Source of the DNA: Malacoraja senta
Taxonomy: Eukaryota
Assembly (NCBI GenBank): GCA_038087875.1
Contig: JAXLNO010000073.1
Coordinates: 496,001-560,000, forward strand
Reading direction: 5' to 3'
Length of the DNA stretch: 64,000 nucleotides
A program made the position numbers and the translations under genes. Numbering within the stretch: position 1 is the first letter of the stretch; every line of letters begins with the position of its first letter. Positions 48,093 through 60,100 of this stretch are shown here, piece after piece. A model generated the notes under the pieces. That model worked only from the letters and a program-made list of their open reading frames with translations. It searched no databases and was not told the origin of the DNA.

Positions 48093-48310
48093 GGCCAGGG
48101 TTGTCTTTCGAGGCAGGCTCAGTATTATGGCCAGGATTACCTTTCGAGACAGGCTCGGGAATAAGGCCAGAGTTGTCTTTCGAGGCAGGCTCAGAATTAT
48201 GGCCAGAGTTGTCTTTCGAGGCAGGCTCATTATTATGGCCATGATTACCTTTCGAGACAGGCTCGGGAATCTGTCCAGAGTTGCCTTTCGAGGCAGGCAC
48301 GGAATTATGG
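48093..48310. repeat. Six 36-bp tandem units inside DIRS copy 3
   Basis: ggccagagttgtctttcgaggcaggctcagaattat variants in order A-B-A-A-B-A. Confidence 0.9.
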
Positions 48311-48496
48311 AAGGCGTGGCCTGTTCATTGTGGAAGATGGAGGATGTCGGTTCATAATTGATTTAACTCGCATGTGCAACATAGACTTTTCAGTATCTGG
48401 TACTTCGTTACTGTCGAACAACTGAGTTCCATAGGATCTTTATGGCATGCATCGATCTGAAAGATGCATACTATTCAGGACCCATTCACATGGATC

Positions 48497-48763
48497 GTAG
48501 AAACATAGAAACATAGACAATAGGTGCAGGAGTAGGCCATTCGGCCCTTCGAGCCTGCACCGCCATTCAATATGACCATGGCTGATCATCCCCAATCAGT
48601 ATCCTGTACCTGCCTTCTCTCCATACCCCCTGATCCCTTTAGCCACAAGGGCCACATCTAACTCCCTCTTAAATATAGCCAATGAACTGGCCTCAACTGC
48701 CTTCTGTGGCAGAGAGTTCCAGAGATTCACCACTCTCTGTGTGAAAAATGTTTTTCTCATCTC
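48497..48763 (-). mobile_element. Short young CR1 3' end inside DIRS RT
   Basis: (TTTCTATG)n tail; GATC on both sides. Confidence 0.88.
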
Positions 48764-50160
48764 CGATCACCGGAGACATTTGAAATGTATCTGGATGGGG
48801 CAATGATAACAGTTAATGCGTTGCACATGGGCTAACGTCAGCTCCCAGGTCATCTACCAAATTACTAAACCGGTGCTTGGACCGCTCAGAGCTCAAAAAC
48901 ACTTGTTATGGCTTTATGGATGATATTCTTAAAACTGTGTTTTGCAAAAATCAACTGTTTCAGCTGCAACTATATTTGAGAAATTGAGGTCCTTCATCCA
49001 TCCAGTTAAATTTAAGTTGATACCAACTAGAGTTATTGATTATTCGGATTTACCTTTAGCTATTAATTTATCTGTGAATCCGCCCTGGGGCAGGAGATTG
49101 GAGTCAATAGAAGCCTGTAACAACCTTGTTATCAAGCAGTCTTCTATTCATCAAGTGTAATTGGCAATATAGCTGCTGTGTTTCAGCTGTGCAATTGGGC
49201 CTTTGCATTATCAGAACTTACAACGTGCAAAGTAGTAACGTCTCAAGTGCCATATAGGTCATTGTTAACAGACCTATGCTATTACCAGCTGAAGCTACCT
49301 AAGTCACAATGGTGGACGAACTATATTCAGCATTGCTCCAGTAGTTTTGGTCAATAAATCTTCAGTTATATTACAAACTGATGCTAGTGCTCAAAGATGG
49401 AAATTTACGAATGCCATCTCTAGTCACGGAGGCGGATGAGATTTGCATGAATTACCAATTCTTCAGTTATTGGTATCAACTACCTATAGACACTCGGTGC
49501 ATATTATGTGTTAAAGGGTTATTGTGCTAATATGCATAAACTGCATGCTCAGTTCCAAGTTGATACACTGTGGTGGAGGCACATGTTAGTCACATGGGTG
49601 CAGTCAAGTCACAGTATCCTGCCATAATTTACCCAACCTCATTTGGCGCTGGTGTATCATCACGTAAAATCAATGACAACAGAATGGATGTTGGATCACT
49701 AAGTATTTTATGACATTATGGCTCGATGGAACACCGAATATGGATATGTTTGCATCCAGGCTCATTCACCGGTTGCAAAAACATGTGGCATCACAGTGGC
49801 GAGAGATACATTCTCGCTACACGGGGGAGGAATGTTCTTTTATGTCTTTTCTCCATTTTTCCCCATCAGTCGGGTCTTGCAATAAATTCAGCAAGATCCC
49901 GCTTCAGGGTTTTCGTACTGTCTGACTGGCCTATGCAGCCATGGTTTCCCGCAAATGTTGGGAATAATAATAGAAATTAATATGGGTATTCTAAACATAA
50001 AACTTTGCTGGTTCAGCCTGGGACTCGGGTAACCAGCCTCTGCATGATTAATCAAGTCATAGCCTCACAGAATCTGAGAAGACTGCTGCTGCGGCTCGGG
50101 TTGTCAGACCGATCCATGTTTGTGCTCACTGCAGAGTGCAGGGATAGCACCAAAAAAGCA

Positions 50161-53100
50161 GCAAGGGCCACATCTAACTCCCTCTTGAATATAGCCAATG
50201 AACTGGCCTCAACTACATTCTGTGGCAGAGAATTCCATAGATTCACCACTCTCTGTGTGGAAAATGTTTTTCTCATCTCGGTCCTAAAAGATATCCCCTT
50301 TATCCTTAAACAGTGACCCCTTGTTCTGGACTTCCCCAACATCGGGAACAATCTTCCTGCGTCTAGCCTGTGCAATCCCTTAAGAATTTTGTAAGTTTCT
50401 ATCAGATCCCCCCTCAATCTTCTAAATTCTAGCGAGTACAAGCCGAGTCTATCCAGTCTTTCTTCATATGAAAGTCCTGACATCCCAGGAATCAGTCTCG
50501 TGAACCTTCTCTGTACTCCCTCTATGGCAAGAATGTCTTTCCTCAGATTTGGAGACCAAAACTGTACGCAATACTCCAGGTGTGGTCTCACCAAGACCCT
50601 GTACAACTGCAGTAGAACCTCCCTGCTCCTATACTCAAATCCTTTTGCTATGAATGCTAACATACCATTCGCTTTCTTCACTGCCTGCTGCACCTGCATG
50701 CCTACTTTCAATGACTGGTGTACCATGACACCCAGGTCTCGTTGCATCTCCCCTTTTCCTAATCGGCCACCATTCAGATAAAAGTAAACTTTCCTGTTTT
50801 TGCCACCAAAGTGGATAACTTCACATTTATCCACATTATACTGCATCTGCCATGCATTTGCCCACTCACCCAGCCTATCCAAGTCACCTTACAGCCTCCT
50901 AGCATCCTCCTCACAGCTAACACTGCCCCCAGCTTTGTGTCATCCGCAAATTTGGAAATGTTGCATTCAATTCCCTCGTCCAAATCATTAATATATATTG
51001 TAAATAGCTGGGGTCCCAGCACTGAGCCTTGCCGTACCCCACTAGTCACTGCCTGCCATTCTGAAAATGACCCGTTTACTCCTACTCTTTGCTTCCTGTT
51101 TGCCAGTCAGTTCTCTATCCACATCAATACTGAACCCGCAATGCCATGTGCTTTAAGTTTGTATATTAATCTCTTATGTGGGACCTTATCGAAAGCCTTC
51201 TGAAAGTCCAGATATAACACATCCACTGGTTCTCCCTTATCCACTCTACCAGTTACATCCTCGAAAAATTCTATACGATTCGTCAGAAATGATTTACCTT
51301 TCATAAATCCATGCTGACTTTGTCCAATGATTTCACCACTTTCCAAAAGTGCTGCTATCCCATCTTTAATAACTGACTCTAACAGTTTCCCCACTACCGA
51401 TGTTAGACTACCTGGTCTGTAATTCACCGTTTTCTCTCTCCCTTCCTTTTTAAAAAGTGGGGTTACACTAGCTACCCTCCAATCCTCAGGAACTACTCCA
51501 GAATGTAAGGAGTTTTGAAAAATTATCACCAATGCATCCAATATTTCTGGGGCTACTTCCTTAAGTACTCTGGGATGCAGCCAATCTGGCCCTGGGGATT
51601 TATCAGCCTTTAATCCATTCAATTTACCTAACACCACTTCTCGGCTAACCTGGATTTCACTCAGTTCCTCCATATCATTTGACCCGCGGTCCCCTGCTAT
51701 TTCCGGCAGATTATTTATGTCTTCCTTAGTGAAGACAGAACCAAAGTAGTTATTCAATTGGTCTGCCATGTCCCTTGTTCCCCATGATCAATTCACCTGT
51801 TTCTGACTGCAAGGGACCTACATTTGTTTTAAACTAATCTTTTTCTCTTCGCATATCTATAAAAACTTTTGCAGTCAATTTTTATGTTCCCTGCCGGTTT
51901 TCTTTCATAATCTATTTTCACTTTCCTAATTAAGTCCTTTGTCCTCCTCTGCTGGACTCTGAATTTCTCCCAGTCCTCTGATAGGCTGGCTAATTTGTAA
52001 GCTTCATCTTTTGTTTTGATACTATCCGTCATTTCCCTTGTTATCCACGGATGCACTACCTTCCCTGATTTATTATTTTGCCAAACCGGGATGAACATTT
52101 TTTGTATTTCATAAATGCAGTCTTTAAATGCCTTCCATTGCATATCCACCGTCAACCCTTTAAGAATCAATTGCCAGTCAATCTTGGCCAATTCACATCT
52201 CATACCCTCAAAGTTACCTTTCTTTAACTTCAGAACCCTTGTTTCTGAATTAACAATGTCACTCTCCATCCTAATGAAGAACTCAACCATATTATGGTCA
52301 CTCTTGCCCAAGGGGCCACGCACAACGAGACTGCTAACTAACCCTTCCTCATTACTCAATACCGAGTCTAGAATAGCCTGCTCTCTCGTTGGTTCCTCTA
52401 CATGTTGCTTTAGAAAACTATCCCGCATACAATTTAAGAAATCCTCTTCCTCAGCACCCCTGCCAATTTGATTCACCCAATCTATATGTACATTGAAGTC
52501 ACCCATTATAACTGTTTTACCTTTGTTGCACGCATTTCTAATTTCCTGTTTGATGCCATACCCAACTCCACTACTACTGTTAGGTGGCCTGTGCACAACA
52601 CCCACCAGCGTTCTCTGCCCCTTAGTATTTCGCAGCTCTACCCATATCGATTCCACATCCTCCAAGCTAATGTCCTTCCTTTCTATTGCGTTAATCTCCG
52701 CTCTAACCAGCAAAGCCCCACCTCCTTTTCCTTTCTGTCTATCTCTCCTGAATATTGAATATCCCTGGATGTTCAGCTCGCTGGAGCCATGATCCGTGAT
52801 CCCAACTATATCATAATCATCAATAGCTATCTGCACATTCAACTCATCCACCTTATTACGAATGCTCCTTGCATTGAGACACAAAGCCTTCATGTGTTTT
52901 TACAACGCTCCTACCCCTTATACAATAATGTTGAAAAGTGGCCCTTTTTGCCCTGGATTTGCCTGCCTGCCACTTTTCCTTTCCACCTTGCTACCTGTTG
53001 CTTCTACCCTCATTTTACACCCCTCTGTCTCTCTGCTCACAGATGTAAGAAACCCACCACCACTTATTCTCTGTTTATATTGTTTTCCTTCTTGCCCCCC

Positions 53101-54385
53101 TAAATGTTGGGTCTGAGTGCTTCCCTTCTCTGCCTCCTGCCTCACACACTGTCTACTAGCTTTCTCTATTTGAGTCCCTCCCCCCCAACCGTTCTAGTTT
53201 AAAGTCTCCGCGGTAGCCTTTGCAAATCTCCCCGCTAGGATATTGGTCCCCCTCGGGTTCAAGTGCAACCCGTCCTTTTTGTACAGGTCACACCTTCCAC
53301 AAAAGAGGTCCCAATGATCCAGAAACTTGAATCCCTGCCCTCTGCACCAGTCCCTCAGCCACGCATTTATCCTCCACCTCGCTCCATTCCTACTCTCACT
53401 GTCGCGTGGCACAGGCAGTAATCCCGAGATTGTTACCTTTGCGGTCCTTATCCTTAACTCTCCTTAACTCTCCTCCTAACTCCCTAAATTCTCCTTTCAG
53501 GACCTCTTCCCTTTTTCTACCTATGTCATTGGTACCTATATGTACCACGACCTCGGGCTCCTCTTCCTCCCATTTCAGGATATCTTGGACACGTTCAGAC
53601 ACATCCCAGACACTGGCACCAGGAAGGCAAACTACCATCCGGGTCTCCTGACTGCGTCCACAGAATCGCCTATCCGACCCCCTAACTATAGAGTCCCCTA
53701 TTACTACTGCCCTCCTCTTCTTTTCCTTACCCTTCTGAGCAACAGGGCCGGTCTCTGTACCGGAGGCCCGGCCGCTGTCGCTACCCCCAGGTAGGCTGTC
53801 CCCCCCAACAGTACTCAAACAGGAGTACTTATTGTCAAGGTGTACAGCCACCGGGGTACTCTCTAGTCCCTGCCTCTGCCCCTTGCCCCTCCTAACCGTG
53901 ACCCACTTGCCTGTCTCCTGTGGTCTTGGAGTGACCACCTCTCTGTAACTCCTCTTAATGACTTCCTCGTTCTCCCTGACCAGACGGAGGTCATCGAGCT
54001 GCTGCTCCAGTTTCCTAATACGGTTCCTTAGGAGCCCCATCTCAAAGCACCTGGCACAGATGTGGACGTCTGGAAGGCTATCAGACTCCTTGACCTCCCA
54101 CATCTGACATCCAGAACAGTAAACTGCTCTGGCACTTATACTCCCCCCTTACCCTGGATACAATACATCTGACATCCAGAACAGTAAACTGCCCTGGCCC
54201 TCATACTCCCCCCTTACCCTGGATACAATACAAAGTACAATACAATACAATACAAACTGCTGGAAGAAATCAGCAGGGATCTGACTCCCAATCAGCTGCT
54301 CCCTCATGTCCGCTTCCACCAATCAGCGGCTTCCTCAAGCCCACTTGTTCAACCGCACCAACCGCTCCAACGGCTCCTGGGCCTC
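50161..54385 (-). mobile_element. Near full-length young CR1 lacking its 3' tail
   Basis: ORF1 (53194-54204, GDSIVR/HIGTND/DGLHLN), APE (51829-52893), RT (50161-51829), few frameshifts. Confidence 0.95.
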
Positions 54386-54626
54386 TGATGAGCGATTACG
54401 TGCCCTCCTCTCCCAACCCTCGTATCATAAAGATCATCTGGTAGTTCTAGTCATCTCTAATCTTACTATGTTACTTCAACTACTGTTATCTGTGATTTCA
54501 CACCGCTGCTTTGAAGATTGACGTGCATGCGGGCTGACGGACTTCTTCACGTAATCGCTCATTGTAACTCCTCATAAAATAAAGATCAAACTTCAAACTG
54601 GTAAGATCTCGTTTAATCTTACTATT

Positions 54627-54814
54627 AAAAGCAACAGATCACTCAAAACACGTTAACATGAACATCCACTACAGTGACTCCTACACCTTCATCACTGTGA
54701 TGGAAGGCAAAATATAGTTCAAGTCCTTACTTTAGTTCTTCCTCGGTCGTGGGCCTCAAGCCCCCGTTGACAGGACGATCTTAACTCCGGTAGCCGGCGG
54801 CGTTCGGGCCCTCC
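54627..54814 (-). mobile_element. Retroposon copy d, body
   Basis: Stem-loop core 54657-54727 related to copies a-c. Confidence 0.68.
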
Positions 54815-55411
54815 AGGTTTATTCCCGGGATGGCGAGACTGGCATATGATGAAAGAATGGGTCCACTGGGCTTGTATTCACTGACATTTAGAAGGATGAG
54901 AGGAGATCTTACAGAAGCATATAACAATCTTAAGGGATTGGACAGGCTAGCTGCAGGAAAAATGTTCCCCATGTTGGGGGAATCCAGAACCAGGGGTCAC
55001 AATTTAAGAATAAGAGGTCGGCCATTTAGGACTCAGATGAGGAAAACCTTTTCACCCAGAGAGTTGTGAATCTGTGGAATTCTCTGCCACAGAAGGCGGT
55101 GGAGGTCAATTCACTGGATGTTTTCAACAGAGAGTTAGATTTAAGTCTTACAGATTTAGCTCTAACAGAATCAAGAGAGTTAGATTTAGCTCTTTGGGCT
55201 AACGGAATCAATGGATATGGGGAGAGGGCAGGAACGGGGTACTGATTGTGGATGATCAGACATGATCATAGTGAATGGCAGTGCTGGCTTGAAGGGCCGA
55301 CTGACCTACTCCTGTTGCTATTTTGTATGTATCTATATTTCTATGAAGCAAAGATAGACGAACAGTGCTGGAGTAACTTTACAAATTACTCCATTTTGTC
55401 CTTACTTTACA

Positions 55412-56275
55412 ATGTACAAACTGGCAGACGAGACCACCATTGTGGGCCGGATATCAAATAATAATGAGACGGAGTACAGGAAGGAGATCGAGAACCTGGT
55501 GACCTGGTGTGGAGACAACAACCTTTCTCTCAACGTCAGCAAGACAAAGGAGATAGTGACCGTCTTCAGGAAGTGAAGCTGTTCACAAACCCCAGTTGAC
55601 ATTGACGGCGCTGAAGTAGAGATGGTCGAAAAGTCCAAATCCCTCGGAGTCAATATCACCAACAACTTCTCCTGGACCACCCATATTGAAGCAACGAGCA
55701 AGAAAGCTCACCAATGCCTCTACTAACTAAGAGGCTTAGGAAGTTCGGCATGTCCCCTACAACTCTCACCAACTTCTACAGATGCACCGCACAAAACATG
55801 TTATCAGGATGCATCACAGTACGGTTTGGGAACGGCTCCATCCAAGACCGCAAGGAATTGTAGACTCATTGTGGATGCAGCCCAGACCATCACAGAAACC
55901 AACCTCCCTTCCATCGACTCCACCTACACCTCACGCTGCCTCGACAAGGCCAGCGGCAGAATCAAGGACCAGTCTCACCACTCCTGCTGCTTCCCTTCTC
56001 CCATCAGGCAAGAGGTACAGAAGTGTGAAAACGAACGCACACCTCCAGATTCAGGGACAGTATTTCCCGGCTGTTATCAGGCAACTGAACCATCCTACCA
56101 CAACCACAGAGCAGTCCTGAACTACTATCTCCCTCATTGGAGACCCCAGACTATGTTTGATCGGACTTTCCAGGCGTTATCTTGCATTAAACGTTATTCA
56201 CGCTATTCTCTTTGTCATGTATCTGCACAATGTGGACGCGTCGATTGTAATCGTATGTTGTCTTTCCGTTGACTG
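55412..56275 (+). mobile_element. Rex1/Babar-like LINE fragment
   Basis: YKLADETTIVG, LSLNVSKTKE, LPSGKRYRS; inverted counterpart of 39165-39850. Confidence 0.82.
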
Positions 56276-56278
56276 TTC

Positions 56279-56882
56279 TTTCAGGCGAGGCAGGGGTTCA
56301 CTTGCACCTCCTCCAACCTCATCTACTGTATCCGCTGTTCCAGGTGTGGACTCTTATACATCGGCGAGACCAAACGCAGACTGGGCGATCGTTTCACTGA
56401 ACACCTCCGCTCAGTCAGCCTGGACCTACCTGATCTCCCGGTTGCCAAACACTTTAACTCCACCTCCCATTCCCACACTGACCTTTCTGGCCTGGGCCTC
56501 CTCCACTGTCAGAGTGAGGCCCAGCGCAAATTGGAGGAACAGCACTTCACATTTCGCTTGGGCAGCTTACACCCCAACGGTATGAACATTGACTTCTCCA
56601 ACTTCAGGTAACCCAGGCATTCCCTCTCTCTCCATCCCACCCCCACCCTAGTCGCACAAGCTTCTCGTTCTCACCCAACAAACACCTGTTTCCTTTGTCT
56701 TCATTACTTTTTTTGCATATCTTTCATTCAGTTCTTTATCACTCCACATCACCGTCTATATCTCTCGTTTCCCTTATCACTTACCAGTGTGAAGAAGGGT
56801 CTTGACCCGAAACGTCACCAATTCCATCTCTCCAGAGATGCTGCCTGTCCCGCTGAGTTATTCCAGCATTTTGTGTCTACCT
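56279..56882 (+). mobile_element. Penelope-like element 3' end: open GIY-YIG domain (56279-56611) plus pLTR with mutated hammerhead (56786-56820)
   Basis: FTCTSSNLIYCIRCSRCGLLYIGETKRRLGDRFTEH...GMNIDFSNFR*; gUGAAGA-A-GGGU-cuug-ACCC-GAAA-cg-UC. Confidence 0.9.
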
Positions 56883-56911
56883 TTGTCTAAAGTTGAAGTT
56901 GGATAACTCAC

Positions 56912-57061
56912 TGCGCGCTGTAGACAAAGTACTGGTCCGTCTAATCCACGATGCTTCCCAGCTCACATTGACAGCAGCCCGGCGTTGTGTCAGCGCTTTC
57001 CATCCCCACCCCAGTCCTTTAACCCCTTCCCCCGGGCAGTTTGCAACACTTGTGACCACAG
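56912..57061 (-). other. Candidate upstream exon (150 bp) of the methyltransferase-like locus
   Basis: Non-repetitive island bounded by ctctctccccttgtcgcgggtcag| and |gtgagt; no recognisable homology. Confidence 0.35.
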
Positions 57062-57154
57062 CTGACCCGCGACAAGGGGAGAGAGTGTGTCACAGTGTTT
57101 CAGCGTCCCAGCACTGGGACATTTTGTACCATTGTACTGATTCCGTCCGTGCCC

Positions 57155-60100
57155 TCTCCCCCCCTCCACCCCCACCTGTCCCACACCCAAACAACACTGA
57201 CCCCCCTCACCCCCCCCCCCACCTGCCCCACCCCCACACATCCCTCACCCCCACACACCCCTCACCCCCACACACCCCTCACCCACACACACCCACACAC
57301 CCCTCACCCCCACACACCCACACAACCCACACACCCACACCCTCACACACCCCCACACACCCACACACCCACACACCCCCACACACCCACACACCCCCAC
57401 ACACCCCTCACCCCCACCCACCTACACAACCCACACCCGCAAACACCCACACACCCACACCCCCTCACCCCCACACACCCACACACCCACACACCCACAC
57501 ACCCCCACACCCCACACACTGCCTCACCCCCACACCTCCACACACACCCACACACCCCTCTTCCCTCACCCCCACACACCCCACACACCCCCTCACACCC
57601 ACACACCCACACACCCCACACACCCCTCACCCCACACCCCCACACCCCCCACACATACCTCACCCCTCACCCCCACACCTCCACATACACCCACACACCC
57701 ATCCACCTACACACCCACACACGCACACACACCCACACACGCCTCACCCCTCACCCCTAACCCCCAGACACCCCCACACACACCCTCACCCCCACGCACC
57801 CCTCACTCCCACACACCCCCAAACACCCCCACACACCCCTCACCCCCACACACCCCTCACCCCGACACACCCCTCAACCCCACACACACCCACACACCCC
57901 TCACCCCCACAAACGCCTCACCCCCACACACCCCTCACTCACACCCCTCACCCCCACACACCCATACTCCCACACACCCACACACGCACACACCCCCACA
58001 CACCCCTCACCCCTCGCCCCCACACACCCCCAAACACACTCTCACCTCCACGCACCTTCACCCCCACACACCTCAAACAACCCCACACACCCCCACACAC
58101 CACTCACCACCACATACCCCTCACCCCCACACAGCTCCACACACCCCCCACCCACAAACACCGCTCACCCGCACACACCCACACACCCCACACCCCCCTC
58201 AACCACACACACCCCTCACTCCCACACACGCCTCAACCCCACACACCCCTCACCCCCACACACACCCACACACCCCTCACCCCCACAAACCCCTCACACC
58301 CCACACCCCTCACCCACACATACCCCTCATCTCCCAACTCCCCACCCCACGCACCCCTCACCCCCACACACCCCACACCCACACAGACCCCTTACCCCCA
58401 CACACCCCTCACTCCCCCACCTGCCCCAACACAACACACCCGTCACCCTCCTACCTGCCTCACCCCCACACACACCTTACCCCCACACACCCGCACACAC
58501 CCCTCACACCCCCACCTGCCCCAACACAATATACCCGTCACCCCCCAACTCTCTCACCCCACACACACCTCACCCCCACACAACCCCACACACCCCTCAC
58601 CCCACACACCCCCACACACCCCACACTCCCCTCACCCCACACACCCCCCACCCCCCACACATCACTCACGCCCCCACCTGCCCCACCCCACACACCCCTC
58701 ACACCCACACACCCCCACACCCCCCTCACCCCACATACCCCCACACCCCTCACCCCCACACACCACTCACCCCGACACAACCCCACGCACCCCCACATAC
58801 CCCCACACACCCCTCACCACAACACACCCACACACCCCACCCCACACACCCTCACACCCACACACCCACAGACCCACACACCCACACATCCCACACACCC
58901 CTCATCCCTCACCACCACACAACCCTCACCCCCACACACCCTCACCTCCACACACCCCTCAATCCCACTCACACCCACACCCCCCCCCCACATCCCTCAC
59001 CCTCACACACCTCTCACACACACACACACACCTCACGCCCACACACCCTACATACCCCTCACCCCCACACACCCCCACACACCCCTCACCACCACACACA
59101 CCTCACACCCACAAACCACTCACCCCCACACACCCCTGACCCTCACACATCCCTCACCCCCACAAACCACTCACCGCCACACACCCCTCACCCTCACACA
59201 TCCCTCACTCCCACACACCCCTCACCCCCACCTCCCCACCCACACACACCCCTCACCCCCACACACCTCCACACACCCCCACATGCCCCCACACACCCCC
59301 ACACACTCATCCCCCACACACCGTCACACACACCCCTCTCCCCTCACCCCCACACACCCCCACACACCCCTCACCCCCACACACCCCTCACCCCCACACA
59401 CCCCTCACCCCCACACACCCCTCACCCCCACACACCGCTCACCCCCACACACCCCTCAGCCCCACATACCCCTCACCCCCACACACCCCTCACCCCCACA
59501 CACCCCTCACCCCCACACACCCCCTCACCTCTCACCCCCACATAACCCTCACCCCCACACACCCCTCACCCCCACACACCCCTCACCCCCACACACCCCA
59601 CACACCCCTCACCCCCCCTCACCCCCACACACACCCACACACTCCCACACACCCCTCACCCCCACATACCCCTCACCCCCACACACCCCTCACCCCCACA
59701 CACCGCTCACCCCCACACACCCCTCTCCGCTCACCCCCACACACACCCACACACCCCTCACCCCCACACACCCCTCTCCCCTCACCCCCACACACACCCA
59801 CACACCCCTCACCCCCACATACCCCTCACCCCCACACACCCCTCACCCCACACACCCCTCACCCCCACACACCCCTCACCCCCACACACCCCTCACGCCC
59901 GCACCTGCCCCACTCCCACACACCCCTCACCCCCACACACCACCACACACCACACACCCCTCACCCCACACACCCCCACACACACCCACACCCTCACCCC
60001 GACACACCCTCACCCTTAGACACACCCACACACCCGCTCATACTCCCACACACACCCACACACCCCCACACACCCCCACACAGCCCCACAGACTACTCAC

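Larger units (their letters stand above)
46567..54626 (+). mobile_element. DIRS retrotransposon, copy 3 (most decayed; YR and most of the ICR lost)
   Basis: Same termini as copies 1 and 2; ITRs about 46594-46628 and 54519-54553; EDGGC..IDL, IDLKDAY, QTDAS, DMFASRL. Confidence 0.92.
42290..55345 (+). mobile_element. Near full-length degenerate CR1 (42290-46488 and 54815-55345) split by hAT, retroposon d and DIRS copy 3
   Basis: ORF1, APE, RT in order; VQHRF at 46488 resumes as RFIPGM at 54815; tail near 55340. Confidence 0.9.

Noticed and set aside
48093..48310. 36-bp palindromic repeats as a CRISPR array
   Set aside because: No spacers, no cas genes, eukaryotic transposon context
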